Source: Octopus vulgaris
Taxonomy: Eukaryota
NCBI GenBank assembly: GCA_951406725.2
Contig: OX597817.1
Coordinates: forward strand, 138,880,001-138,944,000
Direction of reading: 5' to 3'
DNA length: 64,000 bases
This document shows, one piece after another, positions 13,225 to 26,539 of the stretch. Both the position numbers and the translations under genes were made by a program. How positions within the stretch are numbered: the first letter of the stretch is position 1; the number at the start of each line of letters is the position of its first letter. Below the pieces are notes generated by a model. That model ran no database searches. It was not told where the DNA came from and saw only the letters and a list, made by a program, of their open reading frames with translations.

Positions 13225-14330
13225 TAGTAAAGTGCAACAGCCGATGCAGACTTTGTGGAGTTCACACTGAAGATATCACCCATATCGTAAGCAGTTGTCC
13301 GAAAATGTCATCACGATATTTTCTACCGATGAGACATGACGTCGTAGCTAGGACACTCTATAACGAAATCCGTTGGAAAGATAATCCCGAAGACAAAAAA
13401 ATAAGAACCCACAATATGGTAGAAGCCATAGCCACTCGTACTAAAAGGGAGTAGTTGTAGAATTTTCCAGTGAAAACTTCAATAAAATGTATACACAATA
13501 AACCTGACATAATGATTCGTGATAGAGAAGAGAAACTGAGCAGAGTTGTGGAAATTAGCTGTCCAGTGGATGTTGACATAAAGCTGAAGATCAGTGAAAA
13601 AAAAACCTATGCAGAATTATTGAGAAATCTGCAGTTATTCTTTCCAGATTACAAGCTCAGGTTTATACCTGTAATTATTGGGGCCTTGGGATAGGTAACA
13701 CACTGCCTAAATACCAAAGGTGGGCACCGTTAATCGAAAGTTAAGTTCATAACTGTCAATCCGTTAACCAAATAAGTTAACTTCGATAACCGTTAATTAG
13801 TTAATAATTTCCTAACGTAAAAGAAGTTATCGATAAACAGTTAACGTTAATTCTTATTATAGAAAAGTACAAAAATTCAGTTTTTGGTCTAAAACCACCC
13901 AAAACTCCTTTAAACAGTGCCAAAACTATAAAATCCGTTCACTTCAATCGAATTGAAGTTAACGGAAGTTAACTTAAGTTGACTTAAGTTAACGGAATTA
14001 AATGTAACGGAAGTTAATTAATCTGACAATGATTTCCACAGAAAACTTAAAAGTTAAATCGTTAACAAAAATGTTAACTTCGTTATTTAACGATTAACGG
14101 ATTAACATTTTGGTGCCCAGGTTTGCTAAATACCAATCTCGAGAGATTAGGCTTCTCAAAACCAGAAAGAAGAAGCTAATTCGAAGATTACAGATTCAGT
14201 CCGTCACTGGAACTGTAAAAATCTGTAAAACGTTCCAGGCGTTTATCATTTAGATATATATGAGCATGTCTGGATGTGTAACTATATGCATGAGAATACA
14301 TACATAGAATAAAACATACAAATCTGCATA
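13225..14330 (+). mobile_element. 5'-truncated R4/Dong-like LINE interrupted by a MITE
   Basis: CRLCGVHTEDITHIVSSCPKMSSRYFLP knuckle, KPDIMIRDREEKLSRVVEISCP; homology resumes at 14126 after the insertion. Confidence 0.85.
13715..14125. mobile_element. Non-autonomous hAT- or P-type DNA transposon (MITE), 411 bp
   Basis: 8-bp TSD ctaaatac (13707-13714, 14126-14133); TIR CAAAGGTGGGCACC vs GGTGCCCAGGTTTG (12/14); many internal GTTAAC/TTAACG motifs. Confidence 0.85.
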
Positions 14331-14340
14331 TATATATTCT

Positions 14341-14740
14341 CTCTTTTTACTCTTTTACTTGTTTCAGTCATTCGACTGCGGCCATGCTGGAGCACCGCCT
14401 TTAATCGAGCAACTCGACCCCGGGACTTATTCTTTTGTAAGCCCAGTACTTATTCTATCGGCCTCTTTTGCCGAACCGCTAAGTAACGGGGACATAAACA
14501 CACCAGCATCGGTTGTCAAGCAATGCTTGGGGGACAAACACAGACACACAAACACACACACGCATATATATATACTTATATACGACGGGCTTCTTTCAGT
14601 TTCCGTCTACCAAATCCACTCACAAGGCTTTGGTCGGCCCGAGGCTATAGTAGAAGACACTTGCCCAAGGTGCCACGCAGTGGGACTGAACCCGGAACCA
14701 TGTGGTTGGTAAACAAGCTACTTGCCACACAGCCACTCCT
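14341..14740 (-). mobile_element. SINE family A, near full length
   Basis: Highly similar to reverse complement of 30145-30544. Confidence 0.88.
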
Positions 14741-14779
14741 TTGCATCCTTTTTATTAGTTGAGTCTGGATATCATTGTT

Positions 14780-15390
14780 CATGATATTTGGTGGACATCC
14801 AAGGCCTGTGAGTTCGATGCTGTTAAGGTTTCGTTTAAAATTACGCTTGTCAATACCCACAGGAACAACACTGGCAGAGAAAAGATTCCAAAGGGCTGAT
14901 GTTCTGAGAGTAGGTGGTGGATGCACTAAGAGTGATGAAAGGCGGGGAAATGAATGGGACAGACACGTCAATGACGTAAGCACGATATAGCCAGCTCCGA
15001 TGGTCAGTAATCATTATAGTAACGGCAGAAAAGGCACAGAGAGAAGACTGCGAGTCTTTGGGCAAGAGGCTGGGATGTCTGTTAGGGACTGAATTCCAGC
15101 AAGTCGAGCGGCTCTTCCCAGATATCGGAGCATCACTTCCTCGGTATATAGAGAGACAAAACCGAACCCGAGAGCAAACCAGAGTTCACTGAGAATGGGG
15201 TTGAAAGAGTTCCGTTACTTCTCCCCACGATGATGTTATCAGACAGGCAGCTACCGATTCAAGAAATGAGAGATAGATGATGCCTGTAGATATTCAATAT
15301 CTCAGTGGGCTAAGATAGCCAACTAAGTAGGCGACCAGGGTTGCCGGATGTGCGAATTAGAATACTAGAGTTACGGAATGAAGTGACAAC
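14780..15390 (-). mobile_element. Degenerate LINE RT C-terminal fragment (CR1/L2/Crack group)
   Basis: Minus frames read LAQRLAVFSLCLFCRYYN..SELA and RTSALWNLFSASVVPVGIDKRNFKRNLN, typical C-terminal motifs of these LINEs. Confidence 0.55.
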
Positions 15391-15394
15391 GGGG

Positions 15395-16200
15395 TTAGTT
15401 GTTTGACATCTTCCCGGATGCACAACTCAACACTACCGTGACTTTTTTCTCTTCTGTCTGCGTGGAATACATTGGTATGCGTATCTCTGCATCATTTATG
15501 TCTGTAGACAGACGTGTCTTCGTAAGTGCAATGCATGCAGGAAGATCCCTCAGGTACGTACGCGGGTACGCAATTCCGCGTTTGCTGTTGTTTTGTAGGT
15601 CTCGAGTATTTATCAAACGAATTAATGTAATCGCCAGGTTTTGCGGCAATGGTGGCCACTCTGGGTCTACTTTTGTGGCGGTCTTGAGTGTGGGTCTGCA
15701 TGGCTTAGTTTTGTTTGCAACCAGGACAGCTGCTGCACTATTTTTTGTGCCACGCTCGCACTGTATCTATATACAGGCTTTTGAGTGGTCTTCACAGCAG
15801 ATCTGTATTGGGATAGAAGTCCCTCTGGGCATGATTGTGTCCTATCTTGCTGTTGAAGGGCAGAGTGCTTTTTGCTTTGGGTTGCGTTCTGCCTGAGCTT
15901 CGTCCCCCCTCATACAAGCAGACACCTTTAAGGTAGAATTTACAGATGTTATTTCATGTACAGTACTTCCCGTATCGTTTTGTTTCTTTGGCCGCTTCTT
16001 TTTGTACTTTTCTTTTTGACTCTGAACTCTCTTTCATCAGGCTTTTGCTTGGTTCCTATACATTTTTCGCTGTTTTGGGAGGTGGAGTCGGGGCTGCTTT
16101 CCTTAGAAGCTTTCATTTTCCTTCTTTTTTTCTATTTCTTCATCTCCGTTTTTAGATATTGTATCCAGTTTGTCCAAGTGTGCATCGGAGCGGATAAATT
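15395..16200 (-). mobile_element. CR1-like LINE fragment (start of APE endonuclease and upstream region)
   Basis: CIALTKTRLSTDINDAEIRIPMY is homologous to TETHLSADIQDAEIHVPMY at 63750-63826. Confidence 0.7.
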
Positions 16201-16441
16201 CAGATGGAGGAGAGAGAAGAAGAGGTAAAGAGATACTCGAAGAACAAGGCAATTCTATTAGAGAGAGAGGGGGATAGATGGATGGATGGACAGATGGAAA
16301 GAGAGACAGACGGACGGATGGACAGACAGACAGACACACACACACACATAGACGGATAGATAGATAGATATACACACGCGCATATATCATCGCTCACTGA
16401 GTATGTATGTACATATACAAAGATACATACATGTGCATATA

Positions 16442-17682
16442 TTGGGTCATCCCACAAATAAAATACTTTTATTTTTCAAAATTAAGAAAAACAAATTTCC
16501 TTTCTTTAATCTAAAAGATACTCTCCTTCATTTTCTACAATGCTCTTCCATATATCTAGTAGACTCGCAAGGACCCTCTTCCAAAATTCACTTGTCCGTG
16601 ACGAAAAATATTCCTCCAATACTGTTCTGACCTCGTCCACAGATTTCATATTTTTCCGTCCAAATGATTTTGAAGACTGCGGAATAGATGATAATCAGAT
16701 GGGGCAATATCCAGCGAATATGGTGGGTGGGGCATTGTTTCCCATTCAAACTGCTCCAGCCTTTGGAATGTCATCCCCGCTGTATGTAGCCAAGCATTAT
16801 CCTTATCGTCTTGAAACCAAAGACGGTCGTTTTTCTTCAAGCGCTCACTTAAGCTGTTCGCAGTAGATCTCCTTTGTTATCGTTTGGTTTGGGTTTAAAA
16901 GTGCAAAGTGGATTAAACCTTTCATATCCCACCAAACAGATAACAACACATTATGTGAGTACAGACTATTTTTAGACTGGGGTGCCAGTGTTTCGCCTTT
17001 CCTCACCCACTGTTTTCGGCGCTCGACATTTTTATAGGGAACCCATTTCGCATCACCAGTTCACTATTCGGTCCAAAAAAGGTTCATTTGTGAGACGTGA
17101 CAGCAAAGAAGAGCAAGCATTCAATCTCTACTCGCGATTATACTCGGAAAGTTTGTGAGGAACCCATTGACCCAATTTGCTGACTTTTCCGATGGCACAC
17201 ATGTGTCGATGATGGTTGAATGACCAAAGCCCAGCTTCTGTGTTAGTTCCTCAACAGTTACGGTGGGATTTTGTTCCATCAGGGTTTGCAGGACGTCTTT
17301 TCGAGCACTACAAATCTTTCTGGTTGAGATTCGTCTCCTAGGCTGTAGTTTCTGGCTTGGAATTTCTGGAATCACTGATGACATTGGCTTACGCTTATTG
17401 TCCGATCCCCATATACTGCATTAATATTCTTCGCACTTTCCATTTCGTTGTTGCCTTTATTGAACTCATAAAGCAAAATATGCCGAATATGCTCCTTTGT
17501 CACTTCCATTAAAACTTTGAAAAAATAACTGTTAAAATCAAACTGCACTCTTCAAAACTTGCACTAAGAATAAAGACAAGGTAAAATTACTACTAGTTTT
17601 TATAGCAAGTTGATGCAGGCCCCTCTCCGACTTTTAGCTCATGCAACTGAGAAAAAGCTGCATTATTTGTGGGATGACCCAA
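16442..17682 (-). mobile_element. Full-length but decayed mariner (DD34D-type) element
   Basis: TIR ttgggtcatcccacaaataa at both ends, TA at left; pseudogene 17509-16506 starting MEVTKEHIRHILLYEFNKG with WVPH and HPPYSLDIAPSDYHLF motifs; frameshifts. Confidence 0.9.
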
Positions 17683-17711
17683 CATATTTACATTTACATA
17701 CACACACCTAC

Positions 17712-17766
<55 letters not shown>

Positions 17767-17769
<3 letters not shown>

Positions 17770-19166
17770 GGTGTTCCAAAAGAAACAGTGCACTGAACAT
17801 TTTCATAGGTATACATAAAGAAACAGTGCACTGAACACAAGAAAGGATATTTATAGTTGAAAATGTTTTCCCAAAAGATTTTAAATATTATATTTAGATA
17901 ATTTAGATATCTAAATTTTAGATATTTATATTAAATATTCTTTTGTTTCAGGGACCCTTTGAAAATGGTGCTTACCTTACAAGAAAGGATATTTATTGTT
18001 GAAAATGTTTTCCGAGATGGTGGCAAATACACAAAAGAAGTGCAAGAGTCATTTCAAGAAAAATTTGGTGCAGAACGTTTGCCGCATCGAAATTGTGTTT
18101 CCGCTTTGTTGCATAAGTTCAAAAAAACTGGAAGTGTTCAAGACAAACCCAAAAGTGGCCGCCCAAAAGTCGTTACAGATACAGTCTTACAGAATGTTAC
18201 CAACAAACTGCAGAGGAGCCCACGAAAGTCTTTGAGGCGTTTGTCTCAAGAAACTAGGATATCTCTAACATCAACTCACCGAGCAGTGCATCAACTTAAA
18301 TTCTTTCCATATAAAGTGCATGTTGTTCATGAACTGAAGCCTCAGGATTCAGAAAAACGCGTACTCTTCTGTCGGTGGTTTGAAAATTTTATTCTAGAGA
18401 AAGGTGAAAACATTTTAAACCATACATTCTTCAGTGATGAAGCATGGTTCCATTTGTCCGGGTACATGAACAGTCAGAACTCTAGAGTGTGGTCTACAAT
18501 AAATCCTCATGCTCTGTTTCAGAAACCACTCCACGATCAAAAAGTTGGTGTTTGGTGTGCTTTGTCAAGGCGGCGTATAATTGGACCTATATTTTTTGAA
18601 AACATCATCACATCTGAGTGTTACATTCATAACATCCTGGAGCCATTTTTTGATCAACTGACGGAGCAAGAAAAGCAACAAGGCTGGTTCCAGCAAGATG
18701 GTGCAACTGCACATACGGGTCGTGTCAGTATGGCTGCAGTTGGTGATGTCTTTGGGGATCGTGTGATCTCTCGTGGTTTGTGGCCACCTCGATCACCGGA
18801 TTTAACACCTCCTGACTTTTATTTGTGGGGAAAATTGAAAGACTCAGTGTATGCAGACAATCCTCGAACTACGGATGAACTGAAGCAGAAAATAACAAGT
18901 GTTATTCAAAACATCAAACCTGATGAACTTGAGTGTGTTTTTCAAAACACGCAGCGTCGCGCTTGTTTATGTCTGCAGGTGAATGGCGCACACTTTCAAC
19001 AGTTATTGTAGATCATATCTTACTGCACGAGTCAATCCTCAATCGTACTTTAGTTGATAAGGTATTGAATTTGTGAATATTTGCAATAAATAGTATTTTT
19101 CTGTGAGTTTTGTTTCTTTGGGTTATTAGCATATTCCTACTGCACTGTTTCTTTTGGAACACCCAC
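17767..19166 (+). mobile_element. Tc1/mariner DNA transposon (rosa/DD41D-like group) with intact ORF
   Basis: TA then CAGGGTGTTCCAAAAGAAACAGTGCA; 24-bp perfect inverted match at 19141-19164; inserted in (TA)n/(CATA)n. Confidence 0.93.
17965..19011 (+). CDS. Tc1/mariner transposase, 348 aa, DD38D catalytic triad
   Basis: ATG at 17965; N-terminal HTH region with SGRP; FFSDEAWF, WFQQDGATAH, WPPRSPDLTPPDFYLWG; no stops or frameshifts. Confidence 0.92.
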   Translation: MVLTLQERIFIVENVFRDGGKYTKEVQESFQEKFGAERLPHRNCVSALLHKFKKTGSVQDKPKSGRPKVVTDTVLQNVTNKLQRSPRKSLRRLSQETRISLTSTHRAVHQLKFFPYKVHVVHELKPQDSEKRVLFCRWFENFILEKGENILNHTFFSDEAWFHLSGYMNSQNSRVWSTINPHALFQKPLHDQKVGVWCALSRRRIIGPIFFENIITSECYIHNILEPFFDQLTEQEKQQGWFQQDGATAHTGRVSMAAVGDVFGDRVISRGLWPPRSPDLTPPDFYLWGKLKDSVYADNPRTTDELKQKITSVIQNIKPDELECVFQNTQRRACLCLQVNGAHFQQLL

Positions 19167-19172
19167 ATACAT

Positions 19173-19249
<77 letters not shown>

Positions 19250-20619
19250 CATATATACATGTGTGCGTGTACCCATATTTATACTCATGTATAAATATCA
19301 CGTAAAAACTCCACTGTAATTAAGAGCTGAGTAAATAAAGATCATTAAATTGCAACATGTTCTTAAATTGCAGAAAATCCAGGCGGGACCGACTTGTATG
19401 TATATACAGAAGTAATTAAAACAGTGTTGTTTAAGAGCAGCAGAAGAAAAGCATAAATATCACCTACAGTTCATACTTTAATTATGCTCAACAGCTGTTT
19501 CATTAAGACAGTTATCATTAAATATATAATTACATAATTGTGGTACGTAAATTACGTAAAATAAATCAATCGAAACCTGTGTTTATTCACCTCATTAGGA
19601 ATGCTGTGCTATCTTAATCAGAATACCGAACAATGTGTGTGTGTGTGTGTGTGTCTGTGTCTGTGTCTGTGTGTCTGTGTGTGTGTGTGTGTGTGTGTTT
19701 GGTGATATCTGTCTGTATACGAACAGAATATAAGTTTAGTCAGCAAATGTTAAATATTTCCACTCTGAATACATTGGGAGACGAAATGCTTTTGCGCATT
19801 AATGATACGAATAAATGCTCAATTAAATACAGACAAAAACATTCACACACAAATACACACAAGCACATACACAGGCATACACGCATACACACAACTCACA
19901 CACTCCATAATTCAGATTAGAAAACACAGCATACGTACATACATTTATGCATAGACATATATATAGTATTATGTACACGTATGTATGTGTATGTATGTAT
20001 GTATGTATGTATGTATGTATGTATGTATGTATGTATGTATGTATGTATGTATGTATTATGTATGTATGAATGTACGTACGTATGTATGTATGTATGTATG
20101 TATGTATGTACGTACGTACGTATGTGTGTGTGTGTGTGTGTATGTATGTAAGCATGCATGCATGCATTTATATATCTACACACTGGAAATTCGGGAAAGA
20201 TTTACCTGGAGGTATATATATAATATATGGATATAATTATATCACAGGACACCTGTAACAAGTCGGATCTAATGCAATTAATTTCCGTGCTAATAAATTT
20301 TGTGAGAAAGCTTCTCTTTTTATTGGCAATATTCAGTCTCCCACAGCTATATTTTCAAAGATACGTAGAAACGAACGACATTGCATTTTCTTTGGAAACT
20401 TGTTCCTGGTTCTGTGTAAGAAGCGAAGAGAGAGAAAATGGAAGTATAATAGTGACTTATTGGTGGGGGTGGGGTAAGGCCCATGTGACGTTTGTTAACG
20501 TCATGACACCATCACTCATCAAGGGTAATTTTATGAGTTTGAGGAATCGTTTGGCTCTGGCCGCAATTCATTTGTTATTAACTCACACAAGAACGTCACC
20601 ATTCACACATATACTAATA

Positions 20620-20853
20620 TATATTTCTTTATTGCCCACAAGGGGCTAAACATAGAGGGGACAAACAAGGACAGACAAAGGGATTAAGTCGATTACATCG
20701 ACCCCTGTGCGAAACTGGTACTTTATTTATCGACCTCGAAAGGATGAAAGGCAAAGTCGACCTCGGCGGAATTTAAACTCAGAATGTAACGGCAGGCGAA
20801 ATACGGCTACGCATTTCGCCCGGCGTGCTAACGTTTCTGCCAGCTCGCCGCCC
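20620..20853 (-). mobile_element. SINE family B (ggcgagctggcagaa...gaggtcgactttgcctttcatcc...)
   Basis: Shared with 21493-21705, 41590-41749, 55205-55420 and degenerate copies near 11.2, 22.7, 48.9 and 52.0 kb. Confidence 0.8.
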
Positions 20854-21492
20854 TTACTAATATATACACATTTAATGCACAAACGCATGCGCGCACAAAG
20901 AAAGATCAGGAATTATTAACATAATATTCACCAATTATTTGCTAATCTTTACAAAAGTGTGTGTGTGTATACACACACATGATGTAGTTGTCTATATACG
21001 AATAGCAAAACACAATCATTTATATATTTCAATCTACCTCCTTGAGTACAGGAAAGAATCAGTTTTCTGGGTGATGCAGTTCAAATTGCAAGTTGAAAAA
21101 CGAAGGAGAATTTTGCCTCCGTACAGTTCCTTGCAGAGTTCGGCAGAGGGCAGTGTTAGCGAGTTTTTCAGGATTCAGCAGTGAATTATTTCCCATCTTA
21201 TGTTAGAGAAGCCATCAGTAGCACCTCTCCTTGGCAGAGAAGATATATTCGGAAAGGTATTTACACCACAGCATCTCACATCTATTAGTCGGAGCCGTTG
21301 AAATTAAGAAATTACACAAATTTTGTGTCGAGATTAAACAGGAGATAATTCACTTATTGTAGATGCAACGTGGCCAAGTGGTTAAATGATTGGAAGACTT
21401 CCTTATGGAAGTGGGTTCCAATCTATCCAGGTGTTCCATTGGAATACTTTGTCCCTGTTCTAACGGATTCCTTGGTATCATTACGTACGAGT

Positions 21493-21705
21493 AAGGGCGC
21501 TAGCTGGCACAATCTTTAGCGTGCTGGAAAAAATGCCTTTCACCCCACTCTACGTTCTGATTTGAAACTCCGCCGGGATCGACTTTGCTTTTCATCCTTT
21601 CAGACTCGATAATATATGTACCGGTCAGATACTGGGGGTCGATATAATCGCCTTACCCCACCCCCACCAAAGCTGCTGGCCTTGTAACAAAATTTGAAAC
21701 CAATA
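21493..21705 (+). mobile_element. SINE family B, diverged
   Basis: gctagctggcac...gatcgactttgcttttcatcc...tactgggggtcgat. Confidence 0.7.
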
Positions 21706-21744
21706 TGACGTACGAGTGGCTGCAGCAAAGTGAATTCTCTTGTT

Positions 21745-21995
21745 CTTTTAACTAATTCAGTCATTTGGCTGCGGCCATACTGGGGCACTGCCCCTGAAAG
21801 GTTTTAGTCAAACAAATCGACCCCAAGACTCATTTTTAGTACTTATATTCTATTGGTCTTTTCTGAACGACTAAGTTACGGGGACGTAAACACACCAACA
21901 CCAGTTTTCAAGCGGCGATAGAGGGACAAACACAGACTCAAAGACACATACATACACACACGCACGCACACACACATACACACACTCACACAAAC

Positions 21996-22069
<74 letters not shown>

Positions 22070-22238
22070 ATGTATGTATGTATGTATGTATGTATGTATG
22101 TATGCGAAGGGCTTCCACTCACAAGGCTTTAGTCGGCTCGAGGCTATAGTAGATTACGATCATCCAAGGTGTCACACAGTGGGACTGAAACCAAAACCTT
22201 GTGATTGGGAAGTAAGCTTCCTACCTCACAGCCATGCT
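21745..22238 (-). mobile_element. SINE family A, diverged, with expanded internal microsatellite
   Basis: Homology to 30145-30544. Confidence 0.75.
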
Positions 22239-22774
22239 CAGCATCATATTTTGAAATTAGAGTCAAGAACCAACCTAAGCCAATGTTTCTGGGTCGTTAC
22301 ATTTACAATTTATTTATCAATTTATCACATCACCGCCGCCGCTTCCCTTATTTCATTATGTGATTTGAAGATTGCTGTTGCAATACAATGTTGGACAAGC
22401 ACAGTAAAGAAACAAGGAGTTAATCTAACACCAGTTCCCTACACTGAAAGAGATAAATGTAGTTACAGCTCGATAGCTCACTCCACTCAGCAGAAAATAA
22501 GCACCATGTATAGTGTAGGTTGAAGTTATGCATTTTTTCTCAAACCCTGAGACTCATTTTCCATAGCATATAAATAACCGAGAGCATAGCATTCCCATAC
22601 AATGAGTCCGTTGCAGGAATTTTGCGAGTAATTTTCAGGTGGCGGAGATGCAAATCGATTTTATCGAATTTAGTACTTGATTGCCTGCTGTCGACCCTCA
22701 AGGGATAAAAAAAAATAAGTTGGTCACAGCGTGATTTGAACTAAGAACATAAAAGCCGGAAGAAATGCTGATAA

Positions 22775-23150
22775 GTGGTTATGAAGTAAGACGTTTGTTT
22801 ACCAACCACATTGTGCCGGGTTCAGTCCCACTGTGTGGTACCTTGGGCAAGTGTCTTCTACTATAACCTCAGGCTGACCAAAACCCTGTGAGTGGATCTG
22901 GTTGATGAAAACTGAAAGAGGCCCATTATGCATATGTATGTGTGTGTCTCTTTAACCCCCACCACCGCTTGAGAATCGGTGTTGGTGGGTTTGTGTCCTC
23001 AGTAACTAGCAGTTCAGCCAAAGGGACCAATAGAGTAAGTACTTTAAACAAAATAAACACTTCTGTCGATTCGTTTGACTGAAAGTTCTTCAAGGCAGTG
23101 CCACAGCATGGCCGAGGTCTAATAAATGAAACAATTAAGAGATAAAAGAT
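22775..23150 (+). mobile_element. SINE family A, diverged
   Basis: ccgggttcagtcccactg...ttgggcaagtgtcttctactata...cagcatggccg. Confidence 0.75.
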
Positions 23151-24580
23151 AAGCATTTTGTTCGACACACTAACGAATCCACAGCTCGCTGCCTCATAGC
23201 ATTATCATATCGTATCGCCAGGTAAATAACAAGTGTTTTAGTTGCTGTGTTATCATCAACTCCTTCCGTTTACGAAGGAAGTAGATTTCACCAAACCTGA
23301 GATGAATGACATCCGTCTTTATAAAGACAAAGACAAAGGCTTTCGGCCGTTGCAGGAGTTAGAATGAAAGTATTAAGACGACTTACATACAAAATATGAC
23401 CCGCCACATAGTAAAGGGCCAAAGATCTAGCAGAGCGTCGGTGAAGGGCATTCAAGCCACAACCGTCCCTTGTATTTTGTATATCTAAGAACACAATAAC
23501 CTGTTTCTTTTAAATACAAAGCAGTAGACTATGATTTGAGGAAGATGGGGCTGCTATTTTTAGAAGATCTACTGACTATACAATGGTTCGTTGCTGTGAT
23601 GGTAGGAGGAAGAGGAGAAGGAGGGAGAGGAGGAGGCTGTGCGATATTCAGGACTTCCTCAAGAATATTGGCCATATAAATACAACGGAATCGAAACGGA
23701 ATTCTGGCAACATTCTGTCTGGGAATACTAGTAATAACAATTGTGAAAACATTTCAAACGTTCCCGAGTCACACCCGGGGTGCTTAGCAGGAATCGCTGA
23801 AAAAGATAGACAGGTATGTGAGTATCTAGTGTGTGCATACATACACGTGTGTGTGTGTGCAAATATATATACATTCATGTATACATGTATAATATACATT
23901 CGTATATGTGTGAGTGTGCGTACACATACAAATATATATATGTGTGTGTATGCACATATATATACATACATACATATTTTGTAGTTCTATATACTTTGTG
24001 CGCGCACACACACACATACACACACACACACACACATATATATATACACGTGTCTGCCTTTAACAGTAAGTGTGTGTGTATATGTGTTGTACATGTGTGT
24101 GAATGTGTGTGTATGTGTGTGAGTGTGTGTGCGTGTTTATCTGTGTATGTGTGTGTGCTTGTGCTCTTTCGAAAAAAGGCCGGAAGAGTGTGGAAATTGA
24201 AAAATGGTCAGAATGGTCGAGTGTGGAACAGTGGTGGAGAAGGAGAAAGCGGAGAGAGAGAGAATGAAGTTGGATGTTTTAGAAATATTGCAGGGAAATA
24301 GATTTGACAATGAGACTAGCAAGAAAGGACAACAACCGCAGCGAAAACAACAACAACAACAACGAAAACAATGGCTAAGATGGCGGATAAGAATTAATTT
24401 AAAGCGAAAGCAGAAAAAGAAGAACGAATCCGCAATATTGTTCTGACGAGGTACATACTACGCTTACACAGCCATACATACACACACACACACACATACA
24501 CACATACACACACACACACACACATACATACACACATACACACATACATACATACATACATACATACATACATACATACA

Positions 24581-24612
<32 letters not shown>

Positions 24613-25193
24613 ATATACACAGATATACATATATATACATATTACATACTTACACGCGTACGCAAGCACATACATATTGAATACATACACTTACATATAT
24701 ACATATAAATACAAATGGGTGTATGTTTATACATGCATACATGAATATGAGTGCATGTATATACAGATCCATATATATATATATACTATATTACACATAT
24801 GTATATATTTTTATATACGCATATACATATATACAATTATCAATAACAAGATATATATATATACATATATATGTATGTATGTATGTATGTATATTATATA
24901 AAACCACATGCATATATCTATGTATACATGCACACAATATATACACATGAATGTGTGAGTGTGTGTGTCTATGAATGTATTTGTGGACTTGCCTTGGTTA
25001 GTTTCTTAGTTTGATGGCGATAGAGAAGCTGAAAGAAAGCAAAACTACTCTGAAACACCGCCATATTGAACCGGATTAAAACCGGAAATAGAAAATATGA
25101 ACTGAGAGAAAATCGGCTCGAAATACGCTACAATGTCGGCAATGAATTGAGATGAAATTGGTGACTGATAGTGTGAATGTGTGTGTGAGTGTG

Positions 25194-25266
<73 letters not shown>

Positions 25267-25504
25267 CTTTGAGTGTGCAAGCAGACGATTTGCTTGCCGA
25301 TGCGGAGATAGAAAAACGCCAGATAATATGTTATAGGTATTGATACGGTCGTAAGTGCGAGGGGGGAGGGCGTAGAAAGTGAGAATCGATAGAGAGATAT
25401 GTATATATATGTATATATGTATATATATGTATATATGTTTGGATGTATATGTACGTATATGTATATCTATATATCTATCTATAGGTTGTGTATAGGTAAG
25501 TAGG

Positions 25505-25658
<154 letters not shown>

Positions 25659-25924
25659 AACAGAAGTAAAGAGAGGGGGAAATGCGGTGGTAATGAGAAA
25701 ATTAGATTTTTCTGATTAAATGCATCTATGATTATATACACCTATGATCAAAACCATACCGGACATGACCATCTCGTCTTTTGTTCAGATATAGTGAGTC
25801 AGGTCCATATAATCCAAGGTTTTGTTTCCTTTTAAAGACGGTAAGATGCGATTCTAGGGAAAGTTGGATGAGACTCTAGGGAGATTTTTAGCTGTAAACA
25901 TAGAGAGAAAGAGAACGAAAGAGT

Positions 25925-25984
<60 letters not shown>

Positions 25985-26039
25985 GATGATGTGTATGTGT
26001 ATGTGTTTACGAGTATGTGTGTGTGCATGTGGCAGAAAG

Positions 26040-26290
26040 AGAGAGTAAGAGTAAGAGAAGGGGAGAAAAAGAGAAGGGGAGAGAAAGATAAGGGGAGAGA
26101 GAGTAAGAGAAGGGGAGAGAGGGAGTGAGAGAGTAAGAGAAGGGGGAGAGAGGGAGTAAGAGAAGGGGAGAGAGGGAGTAAGAGAAGGAGGAGAGGGGGA
26201 GTAAGAGAAGGGGGAGAGAGGGAGTAAGAGAAGGGGAGAGAGGGAGTAAGAGAAGGGAAGAGAGGGAGTAAGAGAAGGGGAGAGAGAGCG
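26040..26290. repeat. Purine-rich minisatellite, unit about ggggagagagggagtaagagaa
   Basis: Multiple tandem copies visible. Confidence 0.85.
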
Positions 26291-26539
26291 GTGGAAGAAA
26301 AGAAGGAAGTAGACTGAAAAATGAGGGAGATATTGGGAAATAGTAAGGGACGAGAAGGTAGAATGAAAGGGAGAGGGGAAAAAGAGCGAGGAACTAGGGA
26401 GAGAAAGGAGGAGAGGTAGAAAGAATGAGAAAGTAAAGGATGGAGAGAGAGAGAAGAAACGGCAGGTGTTAGTGACTGTGGTTCTCTCTCTCTCTCCACC
26501 ATCACAAACACCATCGTCTTAAAGAAATAACGGAGGGGT

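Noticed and set aside
23583-23813. ORF MVRCCDGRRKRRR... ending at a GTATGT donor
   Set aside because: Basic stretch comes from a GGA repeat; no homology recognised and no downstream exon found
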